From: Thermoanaerobaculia bacterium
GTDB lineage: Bacteria > Acidobacteriota > Thermoanaerobaculia > Multivoradales > Multivoraceae
Length of the DNA: 64,000 bases
Reading direction: 5' to 3'
Assembly: GCA_963666565.1 (NCBI GenBank)
Contig: OY762911.1
Coordinates: 3,584,001 to 3,648,000, forward strand
Shown piece by piece: positions 35,292-45,280 of the stretch. The notes under the pieces are model-generated. The model searched no databases and had not been told where the DNA came from. It was given only the letters and a program-made list of their open reading frames with translations. Every line of letters starts with the position of its first letter. The stretch's first letter is position 1. The position numbers were made by a program, and so were the translations under genes.

Positions 35292-38209
35292 AGATCCTCC
35301 GCGTCCAGGCCCACGACTTCGGCAAGCTGTCCGGCGCGCTGGACCTCGGTCCGGGGCTGACCGTCGTTCACGGCGCGAACGAAGCCGGCAAGTCGACCTG
35401 GCTGCAAGCGATCTTCGCCGGCCTCTGCGGCCGGCGGCGCGGACGCGGCGCGAACACGCTGGAAGAACGCGAGTTCGAGCGCCAGTACGAACCCTGGAAC
35501 GGGAACCCGTGGCGCGCGACGGTGAAGCTCCAGCTCGACGACGGACGCAGGATCGAGATCCAGCAGCGCGACCTGAAGGCGAAGGAGAGCGTCGCCCACG
35601 ACGCCGACACCGGCCGCGCGGTCGGCGACGAACTGATCTACCGCGGCAGCATCGACGGTTCGAGGTTCCTGGGACTCAACCGCCAGGTCATGCCCTCGAC
35701 TCTGGTCATCGCCCAGGGCGACATCCAGCGCCTCCGCGAGAAGAAGGGCGACGAAGCCTCGGCCCTCCGGGAGGAACTCCAGCGCGCCGCGGCCTCGGCC
35801 GGAGGCGCCGCCACCGCGGTGGAGGCGCTGAGCCGCCTGAAGAAGTACGCGAGCGATCAGGTCGGCACGGAGCGCCGCAACTCGACGAGGCCGCTGCAGC
35901 GCGCCATCGAGCGCATGGCCAGGGCCGGCGAGGAACTCGACGGGGGAAGAGCGCGCCACAGGGAACGGACGGAAATCGAGGACGGACTGCGGACGGCCCG
36001 CGACCGCGCGGAGACAGCGAAGAACCTGGTTCGCGACTGCACCCGCGTTCAGGCGAAGCGCAGGCTGGACGACGCCGACGCCCGTCTCGCCGAAATCGAC
36101 CGGTTGACCACGACGTTCCCCGACGGCCAGCCACCGGCCGGGTCGGACGAGGGACCGGACGCCGCGACGGCGAAGGAACTCCGCGAAGCGGCCTTCGAGT
36201 ACGGCAGGCGGCCCGAGGCGCCCGCCGACCTCGAAGGCCCCAGCGCCGACCGCATGGCCCGGGAACTGGCGGAACTTCCCGAGGCGGCCCGGGGCGACCG
36301 CGAACCGGCGCCCGAGGTGGCGGAAGCGGCCCGGAACTGGCGGGAAGCCCAGCAGGCCCGCGCCGTTCGGGAACGGCTCGGTCCCGGCGAGCCACCGGAG
36401 GCGGTCATCCGCAAGGCCGACGAACCGGCAGTCAGGCGCGCCCTCGCGGCGCTCGAACTGCCGCCCCCCGAAGGCCTCGACGCCGCGGAGCGGCGCGTCG
36501 CCGAGATGACCGAAGAGAACACGCTCTACCAGAAGCAGCTCGAAAAGGCTTCCGGCTTCGGCGGTTGGCCCTGGTGGGGCGCCACCGCGGGCAGTCTCCT
36601 GAGCGTCCTGGCGATGCTGGACCTGCTGCCGCGGGCGGCGGGAATCGCGGGAGCGCTTCTCCTCCTCGCCTGTTCCGTGCTGATCTACCGCGCACAGCGC
36701 CGAGTCCCCCGGCCCGATCGCGTTCCCAGCCACGAAGCGGCCGAGGAAGCGATGCAACTGCTCGACGCGAAGGCCGACCTCCGGGACCTCCGGCGCAAGC
36801 ACCGGACCCACGGGCGACAGACGGAGGCCGCCGCCCGCGGCCTGGAGTCCCTGGGCCTGCGTCCCGACGCGAACGCCGCCCGCGCCGCCCTGGACGCCCT
36901 CGGGCAGCGCGCGCGATGGGACCGTGAGCAAGCCATGTGGGAGCAGGCGGCGGCGGCCGCGCGCCGGGACGAGGCGGCGGCCGAGAGCGCCCTGCGCGCG
37001 GCGCTCGCCGGCCGTGGCGTGGAAGACGCCGAAGCGGGCGCGGCCGACCTGCTCGACCGCTACGAAGCGGATTGCCGCCGGAACCGGGCGCTCGCCTCCG
37101 GAACCGACCGGCGCGAGGCCCTCGGCGCCCGCGTGGAGGCCCGCCTGCAGATGGAGCAGGCGGCAACGCGGCAGCAGGAGCAGCGCCAGGCGGCCGAAAC
37201 GCGCTTCCGCAACGCCCTCGCCGCCGCCGGCTTCCCCGCCGACTCGACCGCGGAGTCGACCGCCTCTCCCGAGCGGTGGGCCGCCGACTGGCTGAAGCGG
37301 CGGGAGCGCCGTCTCGGCCGCCTGCGCACGGACTGGGAGCGGCTACGGAGCCTCCTCGGCGATCGGACACGCGAGGACATCGCGGCGGAACGCGACACGA
37401 TCGCCGCCGGCCTGACTGGGGGCGCCGAACCGGACGCCGCCCCGCCCGAACTCGAAGGACTGGGCGCCGACGCCCTGGAGCGGAAACTCGCCGAGGCGCG
37501 CGCCGAGGCCGCCGAGGCCGGCAACCAGGCCAGCAACCTGGAGGGCCGGCTCGCCGCCGAAGCGGAACTGCCCTCCCTCGCCGAACTGGAAGAAGAGCGG
37601 GCCGCCGCCGAGAGCGAAACGGCCCTCCTCCGACGCGCCGCCGCCGTGCTGGTGACGGCGCGGGAACACCTGGACGCGGCCCAGGACGAGGTCCACCGGA
37701 TGCTCGCGCCGGACCTGCGCGAGGCGCTCGCCAGGCGCCTGGGCCTCGTGACCGCCGGGCGTTACTCGAACGTCCGCATCGACCCCGAGGAAGGCCTGGA
37801 GGTCCGCCTGGAGGTGGAAGAGGGCATCTACCGGCCGGCCACCGAGCTGTCCCACGGCACCGTCGATCAGGTCTACCTGTTGCTCCGCATCGCGCTCGCC
37901 GAGGCCCTCGGCGACCGGACGGAGTCCGCGCCCCTCTTCCTGGACGACGCGACCGTCCACTGCGACACGGACCGCACGATGCGCTTCCTCGACCTGCTGC
38001 TCGAACTGAGCGAGGAGCGCCAGATCGTCGCCTTCAGCCAGGAGGAGGAGGTACGGGAGTGGGCCGCGGCGCGTCTCGCCGCGCAACCCCGGCACTGCCT
38101 GATCGAACTCGACGGGAACGGGCTGCCGGTTGGCGACGCCGGCGCCACGGAACCGCCGGCCGACGCTTCGCCGGACGCGGCCCCCGACGGGCAGCACTCG
38201 CTCCTATAA
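35288..38209 (+). CDS. SMC/Rad50-like ATPase (YhaN/SbcE-like) with central transmembrane hairpin
   Basis: Walker A GANEAGKST, long coiled coils, signature LSHGT, Walker B LFLDD; ATGA overlap with the nuclease. Confidence 0.88.
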   Translation: MKILRVQAHDFGKLSGALDLGPGLTVVHGANEAGKSTWLQAIFAGLCGRRRGRGANTLEEREFERQYEPWNGNPWRATVKLQLDDGRRIEIQQRDLKAKESVAHDADTGRAVGDELIYRGSIDGSRFLGLNRQVMPSTLVIAQGDIQRLREKKGDEASALREELQRAAASAGGAATAVEALSRLKKYASDQVGTERRNSTRPLQRAIERMARAGEELDGGRARHRERTEIEDGLRTARDRAETAKNLVRDCTRVQAKRRLDDADARLAEIDRLTTTFPDGQPPAGSDEGPDAATAKELREAAFEYGRRPEAPADLEGPSADRMARELAELPEAARGDREPAPEVAEAARNWREAQQARAVRERLGPGEPPEAVIRKADEPAVRRALAALELPPPEGLDAAERRVAEMTEENTLYQKQLEKASGFGGWPWWGATAGSLLSVLAMLDLLPRAAGIAGALLLLACSVLIYRAQRRVPRPDRVPSHEAAEEAMQLLDAKADLRDLRRKHRTHGRQTEAAARGLESLGLRPDANAARAALDALGQRARWDREQAMWEQAAAAARRDEAAAESALRAALAGRGVEDAEAGAADLLDRYEADCRRNRALASGTDRREALGARVEARLQMEQAATRQQEQRQAAETRFRNALAAAGFPADSTAESTASPERWAADWLKRRERRLGRLRTDWERLRSLLGDRTREDIAAERDTIAAGLTGGAEPDAAPPELEGLGADALERKLAEARAEAAEAGNQASNLEGRLAAEAELPSLAELEEERAAAESETALLRRAAAVLVTAREHLDAAQDEVHRMLAPDLREALARRLGLVTAGRYSNVRIDPEEGLEVRLEVEEGIYRPATELSHGTVDQVYLLLRIALAEALGDRTESAPLFLDDATVHCDTDRTMRFLDLLLELSEERQIVAFSQEEEVREWAAARLAAQPRHCLIELDGNGLPVGDAGATEPPADASPDAAPDGQHSLL

Positions 38210-38287
38210 TCCCGGCGCCATGTCTCCCACCGAACGCTCGGAGGACCACGCGGCGCCGACTCCGCCTCCGAGCGGGCCGCCCCATCC

Positions 38288-41200
38288 ATGCAACGTCTGC
38301 TGATCGCCAACCGCGGCGAGATCGCGGTGCGGATCGCCCGCGCGGCGATGGATCTCGGCATCGCCACCGTCGCCGTCTACTCCGAGGACGACGCCAACGG
38401 GCTCCACCTGCGGATCGCCGACGAGGCCGTGCCGCTCGGCGGCCGCGGCGTGCGGGCCTACCTGGACATCGAGGACGTCGTCGCCAGGGCCGCCGACGCG
38501 AACTGCGACGCGGTTCATCCGGGCTACGGATTCCTCGCGGAGAACGCGGAGTTCGCCGCCGCCTGCGCGGATGCAGGCATCGCCTTTGTCGGTCCGCGGC
38601 CGGAGGTCCTGGAGCTGTTCGGCGACAAGGGCCGGGCGCGCCGTGCTGCTTTCGACGCGGACGTGCCCGTCCTGCGCGGAACCGACGGCCCGACCAGCCT
38701 GGAGGAGACCCACGAGTTCTTCGCCGCCCTCGGCGAGGGCGGAGCGATGATCGTCAAGGCGCTGGCCGGAGGCGGCGGGCGCGGCGCCCGCATCGTCGAT
38801 GCGGCCGGCGACATCGAGCAGGCCTACGAGCGCTGCGCGTCCGAGGCGGAACGCGCCTTCGGAAGCGGAGGCCTCTACGTCGAGGAACTCGTCCCGCGCG
38901 CCCGCCACATCGAGGTCCAGCTTCTCGGCGACGAAGCCGGCGGCCTCGTCGACTTCGGCGAGCGGGAGTGCAGCGCCCAGCGCCGGCACCAGAAGGTGGT
39001 CGAGACGGCGCCCGCGCCGAACCTCCGCCCCGAGATCCGCCAGTCGATCGTCGACGCGGCCCTGCGCCTCGGCGGCGCCGCGAAGTACAACAGTCTCGGC
39101 ACCTTCGAGTTCCTCGTGGACGCGGCGACAAGCGGCGACGGCCCGTCCGCCGGGGCCGGCGGCCGCTTCGCCTTCATCGAGGCGAACGCCCGCCTCCAGG
39201 TCGAGCACACGGTGACCGAGGCGGTCACCGGCGTCGACCTGGTGCAGGCCCAACTGCGGGTCGCCCGCGGCGAGTCGCTCGCCGACCTCGCGCTCGACGA
39301 CCCGGACGCGCGCCGGACCCGCGGCTTCGCGATCCAGGCCCGCGTCAACCTGGAGACCCTGGACGCGGACGGCGCCGTGCGGCCGTCCTCCGGCGTCCTC
39401 GCCGCCTACGAGCCGCCGAGCGGTCCCGGCGTGCGCATCGACGGCTGCGGCTACGCCGGCTACGAGCCGAACCCGGCGTTCGACTCGCTGCTCGCCAAGG
39501 TGATCGCCCACTCGCCCTCGGACGACTTCGCCGCCGCCGTCAAGCGGGCCTCGCGCGCGCTCGACGAGTTCCGGATCGGCGGCCCGGACACGAACATTCC
39601 CTGGCTCCAGAGCGTGCTCGCGCATCCGGACTTCGAGGCGGGCCGCCTCTACACCCGGTGGCTCGACGACCACTCCGCCGAGCTGGCGGCGGCCGCCGGC
39701 AACGGGCGCAGGCCGCGCTTCGTCCCCGCCGGAGGTCCTGCCGCCGGCGGCGAGGCGGCCGTGCCGCCGGCGCCTCCCGCGGACGGCGCCCGCGACAGCG
39801 GTTTCGCCGGCGCCCGGGTCGACACGGCCGATCCCCTGGCCCTGTTCGCCTACGACCAGGAGACGAAGGCCGCGCAGTCCGGGCAGGCGGATCCGGCCGG
39901 CGGCGTCGACGCGGCGAGCCAGGCCGACGGCCCCGAAGGCGCCACCGGCGTCGCCGCGCCCATCCAGGGCACGATCGTCAGCATCGACGTCGAGGTGGGC
40001 GACGAGGTCTTGCGCGGCCAGCAGGTCGCCGTGATCGAGGCGATGAAGATGGAGCACGTGCTCCGCGCCGGCTGCAGCGGCGTCGTCAGGCAGGTCACGA
40101 TGGCTGCCGGCGACACGATCCGCGAGGGCTATCCGCTGGTCTTCGTCCAGGAAGCGGAAGGCGGCGAAGCCGCGGACGCCGCGGAGGAGATCGACCCGGA
40201 CTACATCCGGCCCGACCTTGAGGAGAACATCCGCCGCCACGCCTACACCCTGGACGAGAACCGGCCCGAGGCGGTCGCCCGGCGGCGCCGGTTCGGCTTC
40301 CGCACGCCGCGCGAGAACATCGAGCAGCTCGTCGACGCCGGCTCCTTCAAGGAGTACTGGCCGCTGATCGTGGCCCGCCAGCACCAGAAGTACAGCGACA
40401 AGAAGCTGCGGGAGTACACGCCCGCCGACGGCGTGGTCGCCGGCACCGCCTCGATCAACGGCGACCTCTTCGACGACGAGCGCTCGCGGGCGATGGTGCT
40501 CTCCTACGACTACACCGTGCTCGCCGGCACCCAGGGCGGCCGCAACCACTACAAGCAGGACCGGCTGTTCGACCTCGCCAACCGCTACATGCTGCCGCTC
40601 GTCTTCTTCACGGAGGGCGGCGGCGGCCGGCCGGGCGACGACTACACGGGGCCCCGGGTCGCCTTCGACACCTATACGTTCACCCAGTTCTCCAAGCTCT
40701 CCGGTCTCATTCCGCTGGTCGGCGTGAACAACGGCCGCTGCTTCGCGGGCAACACCGCCCTGCTCGCCTGTTGCGACGTCATCATCGCGACGAAGGCCTC
40801 GACCATCGCCATGGGCGGCCCCGCGATGATCGAGGGCGGCGGCCTGGGCATCTACACGCCGGAGGAGGTCGGCCCGATGTCCTTCCAGGTGCCGAACGGC
40901 GTGGTCGACATCCTGGTCGAGGACGAGGAAGAGGCGGTCGACGTGACGAAGAAGTACCTGTCCTACTTCCAGGGGCCGGTCGCGGAATGGGAGGCTCACG
41001 ACCAGCGGCCGCTCCGCCACGTGGTGCCGGAGAACCGGCTCCGGCTCTACGACATGCAGGAGATCGTCCACACGATCGCCGATGTCGGCTCGGTGCTCGA
41101 GATCCGGCCCAAGTTCGGAATCGGCGTGATCACCGCCCTCATCCGCGTCGAGGGCAGGCCGATGGGAGTGATCGCGAACAACCCCCACCACCTCGCCGGG

Positions 41201-41761
41201 GCGATCGACTCGGACGGGTCCGACAAGGGCGCCCGCTTCCTGCAGCTCTGCGACGCCTTCGACATCCCGGTGCTGAGCCTGATGGACTGTCCGGGCATCA
41301 TGGTCGGCCCCGACCACGAGCGGACCGCGCTTGTCCGCCACTGCGCGCGCATGTTCAACACCGGCGCGAACCTCTCCGTACCGCTGTTCGGCGTCGTCGT
41401 CCGCAAGGCCTACGGCCTGGGCGTGCAGGCGATGTGCGGCGCGAGCGCCCTGGTCGGCTTCTTCACGGTCGGCTGGCCGACAGCCGAGTTCGCCGGCATG
41501 AACATCGAGGGCGCGGTCAAGCTCGGCTACCGCAAGGAACTGGCGGCAATCGAGGATCCAGAGGAGCGCCGGCTGGAGTTCGAGCGCCGGGTCGAGGCCT
41601 CGTACGAGCGCGCCAAGGCGGTCAACGCGGCAGCCGGAGGCGGGCTCGACGACGTGATCGACCCGGCGGAGACGCGCTCCTGGATCGCCGAGAGCATGAA
41701 GCGGCTGCCGGCGCCGCCGCCCCGGACGGGCAAGAAACGGCCCTACATCGACACTTGGTAG
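38288..41761 (+). CDS. Single-chain acyl-CoA carboxylase (biotin carboxylase, BCCP and carboxyltransferase)
   Basis: LIANRGEIA, HPGYGFLAEN, RLQVEH, EAMKM biotin site, YTVLAGTQG, RKAYGLG. Confidence 0.95.
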   Translation: MQRLLIANRGEIAVRIARAAMDLGIATVAVYSEDDANGLHLRIADEAVPLGGRGVRAYLDIEDVVARAADANCDAVHPGYGFLAENAEFAAACADAGIAFVGPRPEVLELFGDKGRARRAAFDADVPVLRGTDGPTSLEETHEFFAALGEGGAMIVKALAGGGGRGARIVDAAGDIEQAYERCASEAERAFGSGGLYVEELVPRARHIEVQLLGDEAGGLVDFGERECSAQRRHQKVVETAPAPNLRPEIRQSIVDAALRLGGAAKYNSLGTFEFLVDAATSGDGPSAGAGGRFAFIEANARLQVEHTVTEAVTGVDLVQAQLRVARGESLADLALDDPDARRTRGFAIQARVNLETLDADGAVRPSSGVLAAYEPPSGPGVRIDGCGYAGYEPNPAFDSLLAKVIAHSPSDDFAAAVKRASRALDEFRIGGPDTNIPWLQSVLAHPDFEAGRLYTRWLDDHSAELAAAAGNGRRPRFVPAGGPAAGGEAAVPPAPPADGARDSGFAGARVDTADPLALFAYDQETKAAQSGQADPAGGVDAASQADGPEGATGVAAPIQGTIVSIDVEVGDEVLRGQQVAVIEAMKMEHVLRAGCSGVVRQVTMAAGDTIREGYPLVFVQEAEGGEAADAAEEIDPDYIRPDLEENIRRHAYTLDENRPEAVARRRRFGFRTPRENIEQLVDAGSFKEYWPLIVARQHQKYSDKKLREYTPADGVVAGTASINGDLFDDERSRAMVLSYDYTVLAGTQGGRNHYKQDRLFDLANRYMLPLVFFTEGGGGRPGDDYTGPRVAFDTYTFTQFSKLSGLIPLVGVNNGRCFAGNTALLACCDVIIATKASTIAMGGPAMIEGGGLGIYTPEEVGPMSFQVPNGVVDILVEDEEEAVDVTKKYLSYFQGPVAEWEAHDQRPLRHVVPENRLRLYDMQEIVHTIADVGSVLEIRPKFGIGVITALIRVEGRPMGVIANNPHHLAGAIDSDGSDKGARFLQLCDAFDIPVLSLMDCPGIMVGPDHERTALVRHCARMFNTGANLSVPLFGVVVRKAYGLGVQAMCGASALVGFFTVGWPTAEFAGMNIEGAVKLGYRKELAAIEDPEERRLEFERRVEASYERAKAVNAAAGGGLDDVIDPAETRSWIAESMKRLPAPPPRTGKKRPYIDTW

Positions 41762-41801
41762 CCGGCGGCCTTCCGGCTGGCCGGCCCGTTCACGCACGCC
41801 G

Positions 41802-41932
41802 CTTTCGACCTTCCACAGCCTTCGACCCGCCCTTCGCCTTCGACCGTCCCGTCAATCTTCGACCCGCCCGTCACCTTCGAATCGCTCTTCGCCTTCGACC
41901 CGGAAGGCGCCTTCGACCAGGAGAACTCGACC
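41802..41932. repeat. Array of 7 CTTCGAC(C)-like motifs at ~18-bp period with variable spacers
   Basis: TTCGA at 41804, 41821, 41839, 41858, 41876, 41894 and 41912, plus a degenerate CTCGACC at 41926. Confidence 0.85.
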
Positions 41933-41935
41933 GCC

Positions 41936-42805
41936 ATGTCCTATGAACCGCCCAAGGTCTGGAAGTGGGACGCCGAAAGCGGCGGCCGCTTCGCCAAGAT
42001 CAACCGCCCCATCGCCGGCCCCACGCACGAGAAGGAACTGCCGGTCGGGGAACACCCCTTCCAGCTCTACTCGCTGGCCACGCCCAACGGAGTCAAGGTC
42101 ACCGTGATGTTCGAGGAACTGCTCGCCCTCGGCCACACCGGCGCCGAGTACGATGCGTACCTCGTCAACATCGGCGAGGGCAACCAGTTCTCGAGCGGCT
42201 TCGTCGCGGTCAACCCGAACTCGAAGATCCCGGCGCTCGTCGACCGCGGCACGGACCCGCCGACGCGGGTGTTCGAGTCCGGCGCCATCCTCCTCTACCT
42301 GGCCGAGAAGTTCGGCGAGTTCCTGCCCGAGGACCACGCCGCCCGCACCGAGTGCCTGTGCTGGCTGTTCTGGCAGATGGGCAGCGCCCCGTACCTCGGC
42401 GGCGGCTTCGGCCACTTCTACGCCTACGCCCCCGAGAAGCTCGAGTACCCGATCAACCGCTTCACGATGGAGGTCAAGCGCCAGCTCGACGTGCTGGACC
42501 GCCACCTGGCCGAGTCCGAGTACATGGCCGGCGACGAGTACTCGATCGCCGACATGGCGATCTGGCCCTGGTACGGCGCGCTCGCCGCCGGCAAGCTCTA
42601 CGGTTCCGCCGAGTTCATCGAGGCCCACACCTACGAGCACGTGAACCGCTGGTCGAGCCGGATCGCCCGGCGCCCCGCGGTCAAGCGCGGGCAGATGGTG
42701 AACCGGGCCTTCGGCCCGCCGGAGAAGCAGCTACGCGAGCGCCACGCCGCCAGCGACTTCGAGACGAGGACCCAGGACAAGCTGGAGCCGGCCGAAGACG
42801 ACTGA
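41936..42805 (+). CDS. yghU: Glutathione-dependent disulfide-bond oxidoreductase (Nu-class GST)
   Basis: YEPPKVWKW, LYSLATPNGVKV, NPNSKIPAL, GGGFGHFYAYAP, LRERHAASDF. Confidence 0.93.
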   Translation: MSYEPPKVWKWDAESGGRFAKINRPIAGPTHEKELPVGEHPFQLYSLATPNGVKVTVMFEELLALGHTGAEYDAYLVNIGEGNQFSSGFVAVNPNSKIPALVDRGTDPPTRVFESGAILLYLAEKFGEFLPEDHAARTECLCWLFWQMGSAPYLGGGFGHFYAYAPEKLEYPINRFTMEVKRQLDVLDRHLAESEYMAGDEYSIADMAIWPWYGALAAGKLYGSAEFIEAHTYEHVNRWSSRIARRPAVKRGQMVNRAFGPPEKQLRERHAASDFETRTQDKLEPAEDD

Positions 42806-42841
42806 GGCGACATATCTCGGAGACAGCGTTTCGGGCGCGCC

Positions 42842-42865
42842 GGGTGCGCGGGTCTTCCGACCCGC
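42842..42865. repeat. REP-like family A unit between convergent genes
   Basis: Exact GGGTGCGCGGGTCTTCCGACCCGC. Confidence 0.9.
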
Positions 42866-42913
42866 CCGCCGGTGCTCCAGGGGACGGGTGCGACCGACGC
42901 CGAACCGGCGCGA

Positions 42914-43537
42914 CTACGCCCAGCCGAGCGCCCGGGCCCGATGCACGATCTGGTCCGCGGCGCCCTCGAAACCGAGACGCTCCGTGTTCAGGACGAGGTC
43001 GTAGTGGCGCGGATCGTCGCAGTCGCGGGCGTAGTATTCGCGGTGGTAGCGGATCCGGTTCGCGTCGCGCCGGGCCACCACGGCGTCCGCGTCCCGCTCG
43101 GGCACGCCGATCCCCTCGACCGCCACTCCGCGCCGGAACCCGGCGCCCGCCACGAGGCGCGCGTGCAGCGCGTCCTCGCGCCAGGCGAGAACCGCCGCCG
43201 AGGCGCGTCCCACGAACACGCACGGCCCCTCCCCCGCCATCTCGCAGACCACGCTGCGCGTGACGCGCACCAGGTTTCCCTCGCCGATCGGCTGGCCGAC
43301 CGTCTGCGCCGGCAGGAACAGGTCGGGAAGCTGGGCGCTGGCGACCCGGGCCAGCCGCTCGATGAACGCGGGCGGCCGGTCCTCGCGGGCCTGGACCTCT
43401 TCCGGCGGCACGCCGGCGCGCTCCGCCACCTCATCGATCAGCGCGTTGCCGACGAGCCGCCATCCGAGCTGCCGGGCCACCAGTTTCGCCACCTGGGTGC
43501 CGCCGGACGCGTACTGCCTGGAGATCGTGATCAGCAT
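42914..43537 (-). CDS. Cytidylate kinase-like family protein
   Basis: ITISRQYASGG, CVFVGR, YDLVLNT. Confidence 0.9.
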   Translation of the reverse strand: MLITISRQYASGGTQVAKLVARQLGWRLVGNALIDEVAERAGVPPEEVQAREDRPPAFIERLARVASAQLPDLFLPAQTVGQPIGEGNLVRVTRSVVCEMAGEGPCVFVGRASAAVLAWREDALHARLVAGAGFRRGVAVEGIGVPERDADAVVARRDANRIRYHREYYARDCDDPRHYDLVLNTERLGFEGAADQIVHRARALGWA

Positions 43538-43568
43538 CCGAGTCCTCCCTCTCGCTCCCACTCCCCCG

Positions 43569-44990
43569 TCAGGAATCCGGGTGGCGCGGTCCGCGCCACC
43601 CGCGAACCGCTTCCCGCGCCCGTCCCCCGACGCGCGGGACGGCAAGCGGTTCGCGGCGAACCGCGGCCGAATCCGCCGAGCCGCCGCGCTCGCGAGACGC
43701 GTCGGCCACGATCGCCTCGCGAAACGCCTTCACGATCGACAGGTCCATCCGCCGCAGGTCCGGACTCGCCAGGTAGAACACGACCGCCACAACCACGGCG
43801 AGCAGCGAGGCCAGCCCCACCGAGAGGGGCGCGCCCCAGACCTCGGCGAGCGCGCTGATCGGCACCGCGCCCAGCATCGGCAGGGAGAAGGACATGGTCA
43901 GAAAGCCCGAGACCCGGCCGCGCACCGAGTCCGGAATCAGCACGTGGATCGCCGTGTTGTTCAGCGTGCTGTAGATCGCCTGGAAAGCGCTGCCGGCGAG
44001 CAGCAGGGGCAGGCCCAGCCAGAACCAGGGACTGAGCGCGAAGCCCATCATCAGCAGGCCGAACGCGAACACGCTGGCCATCATCAGCCGCAGCCGGCGG
44101 GCCGAGTTGCTGCGCCAGGCCACGAAGGCCGCGCCCACGACGCCGCCGACGCCGGACGCGCCGCTCAGCAGGCCGAAGCCGCGCGGCCCGACCTCCCAGA
44201 TCTCCTCGGCGAACACGACCAGGAGGGTCTGGAACGGCATGACCAGGAACATGGGCACGAGGCCGAAGAACAGGAGCACCAGGACCAGACGGTTCTCACG
44301 CACGTAGCGGAATCCCTCCGCCATGTTCTGCAGAAGCGAACTCTCGGCGCGGTCCGCCACCGGCGCCCGGCGTACCGCCATCATTCCCGCGAGGGCCAGC
44401 GCGTAGAGAGCGATGTTGAGCGAGTAGGACGCCGTCACGCCGGCGACGGCGATCAGCGCCCCGGCCACCGCCGGTCCGACGACCCGGGTGACGTTCATCG
44501 CCGTCATCGTCAGCGCCATCGCGCCCGTCAACCGGCGGCGACCGACGACGTTCGCGATGATCGCGTTGCGTGCCGGCATGACGAACGGGAAGACGGCGCC
44601 GACGAACGTCACCTGAACCAGGATGTGCCAGAACTCCAGCCGGCCGCCCAGGAGCAGCGACAGAACGACGATCTCCGCCACCAGAACCGTGGTCTGGCCG
44701 GCCATCACCAGCGACCGCCGCTCGAACCGGTCCGCGACGACGCCTCCGACCGGCCCCAGGCCGAGCATGGACAGAGCGACCATCAAGGTCACCAGCCCGA
44801 GCGCCAGTTCGCGGCCGGTGATCGAGAAGACGAGCCACGCGCGCACGACCAACTGGCCCTGCATGGCGAGGAAGAACGTCGTGTTCGAGATGTACAGCCA
44901 GCGGAACTGGCGTTCCCGGAAGAGGCCCGCCAGACCGCCGCGGCCCGGCTGCGGCGGCCCCGGCGCCCGGGGGAACTGCTGGACGGTCAT
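43569..44990 (-). CDS. MFS transporter
   Basis: About 12 TM helices, GGVVADRFERR motif A, RVVGPAVAG, VRGRV. Confidence 0.92.
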   Translation of the reverse strand: MTVQQFPRAPGPPQPGRGGLAGLFRERQFRWLYISNTTFFLAMQGQLVVRAWLVFSITGRELALGLVTLMVALSMLGLGPVGGVVADRFERRSLVMAGQTTVLVAEIVVLSLLLGGRLEFWHILVQVTFVGAVFPFVMPARNAIIANVVGRRRLTGAMALTMTAMNVTRVVGPAVAGALIAVAGVTASYSLNIALYALALAGMMAVRRAPVADRAESSLLQNMAEGFRYVRENRLVLVLLFFGLVPMFLVMPFQTLLVVFAEEIWEVGPRGFGLLSGASGVGGVVGAAFVAWRSNSARRLRLMMASVFAFGLLMMGFALSPWFWLGLPLLLAGSAFQAIYSTLNNTAIHVLIPDSVRGRVSGFLTMSFSLPMLGAVPISALAEVWGAPLSVGLASLLAVVVAVVFYLASPDLRRMDLSIVKAFREAIVADASRERGGSADSAAVRREPLAVPRVGGRAREAVRGWRGPRHPDS

Positions 44991-45017
44991 CGGCTGAGAA
45001 CTCACGAGGCGGAAACC

Positions 45018-45041
45018 GGGTGCGCCGCCGTCCCCGCCGGC
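45018..45041. repeat. REP-like family B unit
   Basis: GGGTGC-GCCGCCG-TCCC-CGCCGGC (one stem mismatch). Confidence 0.7.
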
Positions 45042-45280
45042 ATTCGGCGCGAAGCGCCGGCTTCCGGACGTGCTGCCGCGCCCGGCAGGACTATCACGGA
45101 GAGGCCGACCAGGGCTGGGCCGCGCGCTGCCGCCGCCAAACCTGTCGCAAGCTCCGGGTCTGGCCCCAGCCCCCATCTCTCCAGCAGCGTGCGCCGCGGA
45201 ACTCGCTCCGCTGCGTTACACGGCGCACGTTGCTAGACTCCGGCGTCCTCGCGCCGGGACCGGCCCCCTCGCGCGGCGAT

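Noticed and set aside
41802-41932. CRISPR array
   Set aside because: The repeat (~8 nt) and spacers (~10 nt) are far too short and there are no cas genes; kept only as an unexplained periodic array
41759-41935. Stop-codon readthrough fusion of the carboxylase with YghU
   Set aside because: The frame is open, but the carboxylase ends in a typical IDTW terminus, yghU has its own AGGAG RBS, and 58 open codons are unremarkable at this GC content
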